The notes under the pieces are model-generated. The model saw only the letters and a program-made list of their open reading frames with translations, was not told the origin of the DNA and did no database searches. DNA of 64,000 nucleotides from Octopus sinensis (Eukaryota). Below, piece by piece: positions 51,107-63,736 of the stretch (positions within the stretch are counted from its first letter, which is position 1; every line of letters starts with the position of its first letter). The DNA lies in contig NC_042997.1 of assembly GCF_006345805.1 (NCBI RefSeq), positions 188,728,001 to 188,792,000 of the forward strand. Direction: 5' to 3'. The translations under genes were made by a program, and so were the position numbers.

Positions 51107-52589
51107 ACCTATAAGGAGATAGACATGGATATGAAAAATAGTTTTGATATAAAAAAATTTCCAGAATAGGAATTAATTCCCAAACTTAAGATACCTTAAA
51201 ATACTTGAAGTTATATAATATATGATATGTATTAAAATCATATTACAGACTGTTTTACATTTCAGACAAACTTCTTTACTTGTAAAGATTTATTCCTTAG
51301 ACGTCTTGACAAATATGATTATTTTTCCAATAGATTTACTTCAGTTTTGATACTTACATTCTTTGGAAGTTACCATACACAAAGTGGCACTGTCAGAATA
51401 AAGGAAGCTTCTTTTATTTTCCTTAGTGTTTGATGAACTCGTAAATAATAGATTAAAATGGCTTTTAACTTATAGCAAGAAAGTTAATCTTCACCTCTCT
51501 TCTGCACAGATACAATCTGACCTAAATCCATTGTACACCCATTCATATTCATTCTTATTTTATATATATATCCATTGAAATTTCATGCAATAATAATCAA
51601 TTCTTTATCCATTATCTGTCAATTCAGCTTTCATTTTGCCACAAAAACCATATCGTATTGTATATATATTTACAGTGAAAGATACAACATAAAACACCTG
51701 TTGAGTTACTAGAAGAACAGTGATCATAAAAATTATTCAGTCAGTCTCTATTCATTATAGAATGAAGTGCCTTACACACATACAAACAGAAAGTCATAAG
51801 AAAGTTGAATTCAATAGCAAATATATGAAAGGATTAAAACAAATTGAAGAGAAGTAATTTTGTATAGGTGTCAATAAATGTACAAAATTTGAATGACACT
51901 AATTGATCTTTCAAGCATATTTTGATTTTATTAGTCAGGAGTAATTGACAATTCAGCTATTCTTAGTTGCATAGGTTTTCTGAAATACACTATGTATTTT
52001 TAGTTCAAATTATTATTACCTCTGGTTTGTTAAATAATGATTTCACTAATACTGTATGAAATTATTTCAGAGACAAAGGTCCTTTCTTTATTTGCAAAGA
52101 TGTTTAATTTTATCAACCTCATATGAAATTATCACAAAACAGAGATACAACAAACACTCTAGTATATTTCTCTAGGACAAGTCCAGTATTATAATTTACC
52201 AATCTTAATGTTCCATTTTTCCATGACAAAGAAAATACAAAAAAAAAAAAGAAGTTTTGTCAACAATGACTATATTATAGAATTATAAAATAGCTGTTTA
52301 TGTTTCCATAGTAGATCAAACTATTTCTTTGGTAAGTTGTAATCTTTTGTAAATTGTTATAATTCTTGTAATATAAGTCTTCCTTACAGTTTACTTCTAA
52401 TTCATTTCATTCTATCATTTCTTTCTAATTCATTCTTTTTAGCCAATAAGATCTCAAGGTTGGGATTTTGCAAAGTCTGTGAGACTGTGTGAATGTATAT
52501 CCTTCCCCTACTCAACATGAGTGACAATGCAGCTCTTCTAAAACATCCTGCTCAGACCACCCTCACTCCTCAAGGTTTGTAGTCTTGTG

Positions 52590-52803
52590 AATCACACAGC
52601 AACCTCAGTGGTGCTAGTGACACAGAAAAAGCACCCAGTACATGCTGTACAATTGTTAGCATTAAGAAGGGCCTCAAACTGTAGAAACCATGCTAAAGCA
52701 GTCACTGGAGCATGGTGCAGTCCTTAGACCAACTAGGTCCAATCAAACTGTACTACAGATGCCAGCATGGAACATGGACATTAATGATAATGATGACAAT
52801 GAC
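52590..52803 (+). mobile_element. RTE 3' UTR fragment, old
   Basis: aaaagcacccagtac...gaagggc..ctgtagaaacc...gccagcatggaa...gatgacaatgac. Confidence 0.7.
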
Positions 52804-52840
52804 TATTTAAAACATTAATTTTATTCATATATATATATAT

Positions 52841-53002
52841 GCAGTTAAGTGTATGTTCAGTCATAGAGTGAGCCATGGTTTCACATCCTAAAGTGCTTAG
52901 CCTCATGGATGACTTGAGAGCCTGACAAGCCATCCATGGGGCTAAGCCCTTTATGGATGCAAAACCATGGGTCACTCTATGACCGGATATATACTTAACT
53001 AC
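52841..53002. repeat. 162-bp imperfect palindrome (foldback MITE-like)
   Basis: ~76-bp arms around a 9-nt loop agagcctga (52917-52925). Confidence 0.85.
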
Positions 53003-53067
53003 ATAAAAATGTATTACTACACTATGGTTTAGAGTGTGCTTCTTTTTGGGATATATGATACACTGAT

Positions 53068-53069
<2 letters not shown>

Positions 53070-53141
<72 letters not shown>
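53070..53141. repeat. Pure (TA)n microsatellite, ~36 units
   Basis: Direct reading. Confidence 0.97.
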
Positions 53142-53144
<3 letters not shown>

Positions 53145-53292
53145 CTATTTAAAATATTAATTAAAAATGACAGATTAATAATATAAGATGTGTGTTCAGG
53201 CATCTGCAAAATATGTTGTAGAAGTCAGATAAGCCAAAAGAAGTACCACCAGAATAAATTTCATGAATTATATTAAGATACTTGTTTCACTT

Positions 53293-53728
53293 GTTACACC
53301 CTCAGAGCAAACACTCCCAATACAGACTTGGTCACCTAAGTAAGGGTAGCTATCAACTACTTGTAGTTTTTCCCCCTGGAATAGATGGAATCTGTTTTCT
53401 GCATATTTTCAGTGTGCATTTGCCACACAAATAAACTATTTTCCCAATTAGCCTTCTTTTGATATTGCTGCATCTCTTGTGTGTCTATAGCTTACACCGG
53501 GTACTTCTTATGGAGTTTCTACCTACACATTTTCGACAGATCAAGCAGGGCCATCTACCTGAAGGGATTTGTGGTTTGTCTGCCTTCCTACTTATCAAGA
53601 CTTTGGTTTTTGCTAGATCGACTCTAAGTCCCTTCGATTCTAGACCTTCCTTCCACACCTGCAACTTCTCCTCTAGGTCTGATAGTGACTCAGCTATTAG
53701 AGCAAGGTCATCAACATAGAGAAGCTCC
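53293..53728 (-). mobile_element. RTE LINE reverse transcriptase fragment
   Basis: ELLYVDDLALIAESLSDLEEKLQVWKEGLESKGLRVDLAKTKVL, followed by a Cys-rich insert. Confidence 0.9.
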
Positions 53729-53746
53729 AATATATATATATATATA

Positions 53747-53912
53747 ATCATCACCATTTAGTTAGCATGGATCAGATTGTTTGACTGGAACTGATAAGCT
53801 AGAGAGGTGCACCAGGCTCCAGTCTGCTTTGGCTTGGTTTTTACGGATGGATGCCCTTCCTAACACCAACCACTCCACAGAGTGTACCTGGTGCCTTTTA
53901 CATGTCACCTGC
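53747..53912 (-). mobile_element. RTE 3' UTR fragment
   Basis: ggatgcccttcctaacaccaaccactcc block. Confidence 0.8.
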
Positions 53913-54584
53913 ATACATATATATATATATATATGTACATACACTTATATAAATGTAAGCGCTTATATATAAAGTTGTACACACACACACACACATTAGC
54001 TGCCATTGTATTTTAGAAACAGATTCAAATTTCTTTTATATATTATTAATTCTATTGACTGGGGGAGGGGGCAGTTTACAAACAAACAGTTGAAGTGACA
54101 ACTTTGCACAATGGTATTAATAAAAGATGAACCTATTGCCTCCATGGAGTTCTCCTAGGAGGAATCTAAGGCCATTACAATAATATCTTTTATATTATTT
54201 CAATTGACTTGGAAGATCAGTATAGTTGATAGACAACAATCTCATACAAGCATAGCAACTATTGATTACATAGAATAGATGGTATAGAATGACTATCTCA
54301 TAAGCAAACAAATACAGACATATCAATAAAAAAAAAAGTTAATACTCCCTGTTAAAATACTAGTTTCTATCAACAAATCATTCTAGATAAATAGTTTATA
54401 AACAAAATGGTCACACTTGACAGTGGTTTGAAATCATACATGATAAAGTATTATGGAAAAAAAGGTCAAAAGATATGGCTGTTGTGGAAATAATCCCAAC
54501 AAATTAAGTTAGATCAAAACTGTAGAACAGAGGGTACAAATAGACAGAAGTTAAGAATCTAGTTTATTTAACAACCTATTTTAA

Positions 54585-54801
54585 ACCTTTTCGTTACTAT
54601 ATTTCTATTGAAACTCACTGGCTTTGTTTCAATTAATTTTTAAAATATTGAAGAATTTAGAAACTTAACTTGTCATTATGAGGCTGGTACTTGAAATATT
54701 AGCATAAAATTTTGATAAGAGGATCTATTTAAATTACTTTCAACCAGGAAGTTTGTACCATAGAACCAGACAAGGCCACATGCGGTTTGGTATCAAAATG
54801 T
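54585..54801 (-). mobile_element. piggyBac-type MITE family 2
   Basis: TTAA both sides; termini ccttttcgttac / gtatcaaaatg. Confidence 0.65.
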
Positions 54802-55475
54802 TTAACAGAGAAAAACAAAAATTATAAACTAGTAAAGAGGATATGAATATTTCAATTGGCATTCTAATAAATTTATTATAATTACTCTAGTAATTTCAGA
54901 TGAAAAATTTTAAGAGCTTAAAGTAAACATCTAACACATTTTAGAGTTTTCTCTTTAACATAGTAACTCTATGGATTATAAACTTTTTTCTTTTTGTAAC
55001 AAATGTATTCAATGCTTATAAACATACAAATTTAGACATTATTAAATTAATTTCCACAATGTACCTCTGATACCCATTTGAATTAAAAGGCATCTAATGC
55101 AACTCATTGAGATATCATATAAATAATACAGATATACAGGTTAATAACTTTGATTGAATAGATAATCCTGTCTTTATTTAAAATTTTGAAATCTGTAATT
55201 GACTTTTGAAATTCAGTTAAACAAATTAGCAGATGAGAAAAGTTAAACAAGTTGAATAATTCAACATCGAAAAGTTAGACTATCTATATCCAATTTCTTC
55301 TTATGCTCTTAATATTAAAAGGTTTTGATACCATAACTGTACAAATTTATATCATTTTTTTCTTCTGATTAATATATTTTTTTAATAATTCTATAATGAA
55401 ATTAGAAACAAAATCACAAGAGATAACAGAAAAAATGTTATATATATTTCTGTTGGTTTATAAAAGGTGATACTC

Positions 55476-55578
<103 letters not shown>

Positions 55579-56200
55579 CACACACACATAAAGTGTGTGT
55601 GGACACAGGTGCGTACACTCTTTCAAATGATGTTCATAATATATATTTATGAGTATTAAACTGAAAAAATAATTCTTCCACCCAGGAAATTTCTATCACA
55701 GTTCACAAAAAATTTTCTAAAAAGAATCATGCAAAATTTCAAAAGAGAATCTGAAAGCTGAACTTTTTTTCTGCAACTATCTATCATCAAATGTGTGTTA
55801 TCTTTACAGGAGTTGATCTTTGAACAACTTTGAATATTACACATATTTAAAGAACAAAACATAAATGTTATCAACACATAACAAGGAACAGTTATGAAAT
55901 ATGAGACAAACAACAATTAGCAGAAAATTATGATAGTTATATCTTAAAGTGGAGGGAAATCTGATAAATGAGAAATAGTTTATTTTAAATAAGAGCTGTT
56001 GTTTTTTTTTTTTATTTATTTCTAACTGCTATTTAAACCTTACACTGAGTTGTTTAATCCAACAAATAAATCTGTTCTTATAAAATAAGTACTAGTCACT
56101 GTTTTCAATTAAATAAATGACACAAGAAATACTCAGTTATACAACAAATACTACAAGGAAAAAGAGCAAATATATCCTTTTAAATATTTTATCACTACTT

Positions 56201-56400
56201 AGGGCAGAGTGCTGGCAGAACCATTAGCATGCCAGGTAAGATGCTTAGCGGCATTTTCATCCATCTCTAAATTCTGAGGATGATTTTGCCTTTTGTCCAT
56301 TCATGGTCAATAAAATAAGCAGTTGAGCACTGAAGTCGATTTAATCAACTTGGTCCCTCCCCAAAAACTGTTAGCCTTGCCCCAAAATTTGAAAGCAATA
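56201..56400 (+). mobile_element. SINE A2, diverged
   Basis: Head gctggcagaacc.ttagcatgcc, tail ccttgccccaaaatttgaaag. Confidence 0.7.
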
Positions 56401-57073
56401 TTTTACCACTACTGCAAATCCTCAAGTATACTAATTCTTCAGGGGTTTTTGTTTTGTTTTGTTTCTTTAATATAATTGTTGTTCTCTGAACATAGATTTC
56501 AATTCTTACTTTACCAATGTTGCTGAGTCAAGAATGACAAAAGTTTTTAGTTCTCATGATGTATAAGAAAAAAAGAGTCACTTGGATCTCTCATTCAAAC
56601 CATTCTAAATCAATACATTTACTGACTTAAGGTACTATACCTAACCTAGCATATAAATGAGTATTTGCCACTTACATTTGGATAATAGTTGCCCATAGAT
56701 TGCTCAGGCTATAACTATGTAAAATTATGACTACATTTACTTAACATTATCTGATTTGTTCACATTAAAAGTTGGCAATTTAGCATATGTATTTAAAAAT
56801 ATTTCTCATTTTCCAAAAAGATTTTAACCTTCTAACTGAAATCAATGAGGCCGATTAAAACTTATCCAACCAGATACCTTCTTAAAATGTTCTCAGTATA
56901 AAAAGCACATCTATCATAAAGTGGAAAAAGAGTTTTTAAGTATGAGTAAAGTGTTCCTAAAAAACAACTTATGTATTGAAAAATTTGTAAAAGTTTAAAA
57001 ATTCACAAATTAAAAATAATACCATGAGTTTATAATGGAACCCATATCATATCATACAGTAGAAATACTTTAA

Positions 57074-57269
57074 CTTTTAAGAATTCAGATGTAAAGTTTA
57101 TTTATTCACACTGCTTTGAAGTAAATATGCGTTATCTTCAAGATATAGCTTGAAGATTTTGATGATACAATTGTTTATTTTTAGGGCAAGTGTGAAAAGC
57201 AGGATCTAACCAACTTGAAAACAGGTAAAATATTTGGGTCAAAAATGACCAGTTTAAATGCTTAAATGG
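57074..57269 (+). mobile_element. piggyBac-type MITE family 1, decayed
   Basis: TTAA at both ends (57070-57073, 57270-57273) and internal similarity (aacaggtaaaatatttgg...agtttaaatgct). Confidence 0.6.
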
Positions 57270-58885
57270 TTAAGTTCACATTCATATAGTCTTCATCATA
57301 CATGAAGTATCGAACAAATACACTAATTCATATTTTGTGGAAGTCTTTATTTGAAGGGTCTGTCTATGAAATTGAGTATTCTCACAATTAGCAACATTTT
57401 TCTAACTATCACTAATAACATTTCATATATTGAAGACAACTTGATTTACAATCCTGTTGTGAAGTATAATTCAGCAATGCAGTAATTAGCCTGATTGTTT
57501 CACAATATAAAGAATGGAGTCCAATATTCAATGCAACTGGGAATAGAAAGAATATTTTTAAAAAACTTAAATAACTTTTCCTATTGAGTTTAATTCCCCA
57601 AGGGCAATAGAATAGTGGCTTTTGTGGTAAAAACTAATTAATAAATACTCAATCAACAGAATAAAATGTGACAACAAATTTGCTGGCAGAAAATTATGCA
57701 GTTGCAAAGGTAGAATATTTAATTCAAAACAGTACCAGTGATAAATTTTGAATGAAAACTGAAGTTCATTTAATGTATGTAATATTGGAAAAGTATATCA
57801 TTTGTTTGTTTTTGTTTATAATGAGGTGTTTCAAAATAATTAGTTTTTGCTTTAAGTATTAAGTAACAAATTTGAATTTTTTTTTTTTTTTGATAGAAAC
57901 TCAAAGACAAAGTTACCATGTCAATTAACAAAACATTTTCATCAAATTTGCAGATCAATGAAATCACAACTAGAAATCATAGTATCAAAGTAGGCAATCA
58001 TTCTTGTCAGTCCCATGATAAATATGAAAAAAAAATTTTTCCACAAAGAACATCTGAAAATTTTCTCCTAAGAATCAAATGAAAAACACTTTCCCAAAAT
58101 ATCAGATGCAAAATTAAATAAATTAAAAATTTTAAGAATTTCTATGTCACATATACAATACAAAAATAAAATGCTAATGGAGGAGCATCTACACAGTCAC
58201 CTAACCTGCTAGAAACAGCAGCAAAATATCAAATGGATCACATCACCTTAAAAAAAATGAAAGAACATGTTTGGATAATATAGACCTCATTAAATGTCCA
58301 GGAAAAAAATAGATGGTCAACAGTGGAATATTTTTGATCATAGGTTTGTTTTTTGAGAACTGACGCAAAACTAAACAACATCAACAAAGTAAAATAAGTT
58401 ATATTATAAAATTATCTAGAAGTTTTGCTTTATGAAAAATCTTTACTTCCTTTCTTGTAATATAAGACAATGTATTTTTCAACACTAGAAAAATATTACT
58501 TTACAACATCAAAAACACTCATTCTTCCTTGTGTAATTCAGTAGCATTGTAGAAAATGAAAATAGATAAAAATGAGAAAAGTGAAAACCTAGTAGGCAAA
58601 TGTAATTAAAGAACTATTAGAAATTGCAAAGAATTGCATCTGAAGAATGTTTCTTTTGTATAGTAAATAAAATTCAATTAAAAACAGTAATATGTGTGTG
58701 CGAATATATATATATATTCACACACAACATAGACAAAACTTGGTTCCTTTTTCAAGTTAAACAACTACTTTTAGCTTTGATCAAATTCTAAATCAAAAAA
58801 ATAGTTATATTCCACCTATAGAATGCTAACTTTCTATACAGAAGTATGGTTATATCAAGTTATTTTCGAAATTGATAGACAATAA

Positions 58886-59555
58886 GCACAAGTATGACTG
58901 TGTGGTAAGAAGTTGCTTCCCAGCCACATGGTTCTGGGTTCAGTCCCACTGCATGACAACTTGGGCAAGTGTCTTCTACTATAACCCCAGGCCAACCAAA
59001 GCATTGGGAACTGAAAGAAGCTTATTGTATGTGTATGTATAAATGTGACCGCGTGTGTACCGTTGGCGATTTTTTTCCTCTGTCTTCCCTTCTCCTATGT
59101 TTCCAACGAAGAGCTCCGCTTGAAACGTTAAACCCTCCTTTTTCCCTTCCTTCCTGGGCGTCCAATAATACTATATTTGTTCCACGTCCTCGCATTGTTG
59201 TGTTTTCTCTTTGTGTTTTCATGTTTGGATTAACTTTATATAGATAGATAGATGCATAGATGGATGGATGAATGGATGGATGGATGGAAACATATACATG
59301 TATGAGAGAGGGTGTGTGTGTGTGTGTGTGCATGTGTATGCACATGTAAGTGTTTTTATGTGTGCATTATGTCTGTCCCCAACTAACTGGTGTTGATTTG
59401 TTTATGTTGCCATAACTTAAACAGTATGGCATAAGACACCGATAGAATACACACCAAATAATTTTTTTAAATACTATGTCACTATATTCAACTAAAGCCC
59501 TTCCAGATGGTGCTTCAGTATGGCCACAGTCCAATGACTTAAACAAGTAAAAGGT
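58886..59555 (+). mobile_element. SINE family B interrupted by a hammerhead-variant element
   Basis: Head 58886-59025 and tail 59370-59555, with the 59044-59234 insertion between them. Confidence 0.75.
59044..59234 (+). mobile_element. Variant-hammerhead element, subfamily 2, inserted in the internal microsatellite of a SINE
   Basis: Aligns by eye with the reverse complement of 29547-29735 (gttggcgatttt...gaagagctc.gcttgaaacgt...ttccacgtcct.gc.ttgttg...catgtttggattaac). Confidence 0.6.
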
Positions 59556-59695
59556 AAATGTAAACTCAATTTTATAGAAAACCAAATGAAGCTCTCACTA
59601 TAAAGTCATATTTCTCCGTTTAAATATTTTATTTCTAATTTCTGTTTTTGCTTAATTATAAGCTCCTCTTCAATTTTCAATATACACAAATCTTA

Positions 59696-60125
59696 AGGTA
59701 GTGAGCTAGCAGAAACGTTAGCACACTGGGCGAAATGCTTAGCGGTATTTCGTCTGCCATTACGTTCTGAGTTCAAATTCCACCGAGGTCAACTTTGCCT
59801 TTCATCCTTTCGGGGTCGATAAATTAAGTACCAGTAACGCACTGGGATCAATGTAATCGACTTAATCCCTTTGTCCTTGTTTGTCCCCTATGTTTAGCCC
59901 CTTGTGAGCAATAAAGAAATAAGAAACGTTAGCACATCGGATGAAATGCTTTGTGGTATTTTGTCTGCCACTACATTCTGAGTTCAAATTCCGCCAAGGT
60001 CGACTTTGCCTTTCATCCTTTCGGGGTCGATAAATTAAGCACCAGTTGTGTATTGAGGTTGATTTAATCAACTGGACCCCCCCTCCCTCAAAATTTCAGG
60101 CCTTGTGCCTAGAGTAGAAAAGAAT
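59696..60125 (+). mobile_element. Dimeric SINE A (A1 monomer followed by head-truncated A2 monomer)
   Basis: The second unit starts at agaaacgttagcac directly after the first tail aaagaaata and ends in the ...ggccttgtgcc.. tail. Confidence 0.85.
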
Positions 60126-60477
60126 ATATACAAATCCTTACATGCAAAATATACTAAGTTTGGCTGGCATATAGCATTTCTAACAAAACAATACGCCTAA
60201 TTACTGTTTTTATTAATGCCTCTTACATGGGTTGTTGAACTAGACAGGGTAAATGGCTTAATGAAAATGTCAGGGCTAAACTAAATAATTAAAGAGAGGC
60301 TCTAATTTCAAATCTTTCTATATTTCTGAAGATGATTAAATTTATATAAATAAATAATACACAGAAATTAGTTGAAATAAATCCAGAGCATATCCAAATT
60401 ATCTGGTTTGTGGTCACTCATCAATGGATATCTTTATGGAATAGGCTAATCTTACTGATCAAACATATTATTTTTTA

Positions 60478-60860
60478 TCCTTTATATGTTTCACTCATAA
60501 AACAGCAGCCATACTGGAGCACTACCTCAAAGATTTTAGTTAAACAAATCAATCCCAGTCCATTATTTTTTTTTTTTTCTAAGCCTGATACTTATTCTAC
60601 TGGTCTCTTTTAGCAGAACTGCTAAATTATGCGAATGTAAACAAACCAACATTGCTTATAAAACAGTGGTGATGGACACCACCACCACCACCACCCCCAC
60701 ACATACACAAACAGGCTCCTTTCAGCTTCCATCTAACAAATCCACTTACAAGGCTTTAGTCAGCCCAGGACTATTGTAGAAGATACTTGCCCAAGGTACC
60801 ATGTAGTGAGATTGAAACAGGAACCATGTGGTTGGGAAACAAGCTTCTTACAACACAATC
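60478..60860 (-). mobile_element. SINE family B, diverged
   Basis: Recognisable tail and head on the minus strand. Confidence 0.8.
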
Positions 60861-61269
60861 AAGTAATATCTCATCACGACACAAACTTTAACAAAACAGG
60901 AACAAAAATAAAAAGGGAAAGTTTTTAGCACCCCAAACCAATTCTCTGTTTTTTTCATCTCCTCTACAATAAATCTGATTTTAAAGAATTAAAATTTAAA
61001 CACAAATTAAAATAGAAATAGGTTATTTAATCTGTTATCACTAGGCATTTCTTAACTGTATATCAAGGAGAAAATAGCAAGTAATTTTTATAGTTTCCTT
61101 TTACCAACAAATATTTGGCAAGTTATAACTTGTTAGTTGATAAACGGAGATAGTAGATCCCAAACAGAAACAAATTCTTTCATAGGAAATAAACTAGCTT
61201 CAAACTTTCCATTATCAAAGTTTTATATATAAACACACACACACACACACACACACATTATATATATAT

Positions 61270-61456
61270 CAGTCGCCATGATAGATCGTTAGCCACTAAA
61301 CACATTTTTTTCTCTCCTTGTTTTTTCTGTGTCCCTTTCTGTAGAAGAGCGTTGGCTCGAAACGTAAAAGACTTTTTCTATTCCTGAGCGTTAAACTAAT
61401 ACATCTGTTTTGTACACCACCTGTCTTCGTCTTTTGTTTTTTTCATAAACTCTCCC
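61270..61456 (+). mobile_element. Variant-hammerhead element, subfamily 1
   Basis: Motif cttt CTGTAGAA gagc gttg gctc GAAA CG TA aaag (61335-61370). Flanked by (TA)n on both sides. Confidence 0.6.
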
Positions 61457-61484
61457 TATATATATATATATATATATATATATT

Positions 61485-62640
61485 CATCATCATCATCATC
61501 GTTGGCATGGGTTGGACGGTTTAACTGAGGACTAGCAAGTCAGAAGGCTGCACAAGGCTCCAATCTGATCTGGTAAGGTTTCTACAGCTGGATGCCCTTC
61601 CTAATGCCAACCACTCCGAGAATATAGTGGGTGCTTTTTACATGCCACCAGCACAAGGGCCAGTCAGGTAACACTGGCATCGACCACACTCGAATGGTGC
61701 TCTTTACGTTCCACTGGCATGGGAGCCAGTCAGGCAGCACTGGCAACAACCACGCTCAAATGGTGCTTTTTACGAGCCACAAACACAGGCCCAGGCAGGC
61801 AGCATTGGCATTGACCACATTCGTATGCACACTGACATTATACATCCAGCAAAGTATACTAGCTTCATTTCTGGCAAGCTTACACATGTCCTAAGTAGTC
61901 ACAGCCCATGTTTCACACACATCATACAGTCTACCTTTCACTCTGAGTAAGAGACCCTTTGTCACAAGCAGAGGTAGGAGCTCTTTGAACTTTGCCCAGC
62001 CTATTCTTATTCTAGCAGCTATGCTCTCAAAGCATCCACCACCAATACCGACTTGGTCACCTAGGTAACAGAAGCCATCAACTATTTGTGGTTTTTTCAC
62101 CTGGCATGTGAAGGATACTGTTTTATGCACATTTTCAGTGTTTATTGCCCCTGTGCATTTGCCACACACAAAACCTATCTTCCCAATTGGCCTTCCTTTG
62201 ATATTGCTGCACCTCTTATGTGTCCATAGCTTACACTGGGTACATCTTATGGAGTTTCTACCTACGCCTTTTCTACAGATTGAGCAGGGTCATCTACCTG
62301 AAGGGATTTGTGATTTGTCAGCCTTCCAACTTATTAAAACCTTGGTTTTTGCTAGATTGGCTCTAAGGTCCTTCAGTTCTAGACCCTGCTTCCACACCTG
62401 AAACTTCTTTAGTTCTGATAGTGACTCGACTATCAGAGCAAGGTTATCAGCATAGAGAAGCTTCCAGGGGCATCCTGTCTTGAATTCCTCTGTTATTGCC
62501 TGGAGGGCTATGATGAATAAGAGGGGCTGAGGTCTGATCCTTGGTGGACCCCTACCCAGAATTCTTCACTATACTTGTTGCCAACCCTCACCTTACTGAC
62601 AGCATCCCTGTACATGGCTTGTACAGCTCTCAGATATTTA
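61485..62640 (-). mobile_element. RTE LINE remnant: RT core with frameshifts and stops, internal deletion, 3' UTR and (GAT)n tail
   Basis: VGVHQGSDLSP, LFIIALQAITEEFKTGCPWKLLYADNL, VDGFCYLGDQ..GGGCFESIAARIRIGWAKFKELLPLL. Confidence 0.92.
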
Positions 62641-62657
62641 TAAGTATAATATATCAC

Positions 62658-62688
62658 ATATATACATTTATAAGTTATATATATATAT

Positions 62689-62771
<83 letters not shown>
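62658..62771. repeat. Compound (TA)(CA)(TA) microsatellite at the 5' truncation of the RTE copy
   Basis: Direct reading. Confidence 0.95.
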
Positions 62772-62778
<7 letters not shown>

Positions 62779-63529
62779 CAACATCATCTTTTAATGTTCA
62801 TTTACTTAATATAATGTATATACATAATTATATATACATGTGTGTTGTAGACACACACACGTATGCATGTAGTGTGTGTGTGTGTGTGTGTGTTTGTTTT
62901 TGTTTGTTTGCTGTTAATCAGTATTATTGCTTCCTTTTAAGTTTCAGTAAGTAACTTTGTTTTTTTTTTTTGGCAAATTAATTATAAACATAGACAGCAT
63001 ATAACATTGGTTTTATGTCACTAATTCCATGAAGTAAAAATGTATGTGTTTGTATGCAGGTGTACTTTCATTTACCATGTTAGAAAGGAAAATAATTCCA
63101 ATTTTCCGAAGACCACTTCACTTGAAAAGATGGAGAACATTAACTGCAGTATAGTCTAATATCATATTGATGGTTTCACTTTCATAATGTCCTCTAAGAA
63201 GGAAGTATATTCAACTAATGAATTCCAAGTTAAATCAGTGTCACAGATAATTCTTTTCCATTATAAAGTAATTGCAAAAAAGAGACATTGTCAATTTGGG
63301 AGGATCTACAATTAACTTCATAATTGAAATGAAGGTATCTAAAAGAAGGTAAATCAGGAACATGCCCATTTTGTTAAGAGGAGGGCCTGACAACAAGACA
63401 AGTAACAAATTTTTGTATGTCAAATGTATAACAAATGGTGAGTAGAAGATGTGATTTGCTTACTATGTTGGCATTAAAAAAAATAGTGAAGATGTCTTTA
63501 TTTAAGGTCATTTCTCAAGTATATATCTT

Positions 63530-63736
63530 TATCTTTTTACTTGCTTCAGTCAATGCTTGAAAGTTTTAGTTGAACAAATCCGACCCCAGCACTTATGTTT
63601 TTACAAGCCTGATACTTAATTCTATTAGTTTTTTTCTTTTTTTTTTCTTTTTTTGTTTTTACAGAACTGCTAAATTATGGGGACATAAACAAACATCAGT
63701 TGTCAAGCAGTGTTGTGGGGAAACAAGCACAAACAA

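Noticed and set aside
51358-51389. 32-nt minus-strand pseudo-exon (CHFVYGNFQR) with good AG and GTAAGT
   Set aside because: Such short matches are expected by chance in 64 kb of AT-rich DNA, and no phase link could be established. The same applies to candidates near 7851-7876, 13640-13654, 35319-35353, 36898-36928, 44281-44312 and 56678-56710.
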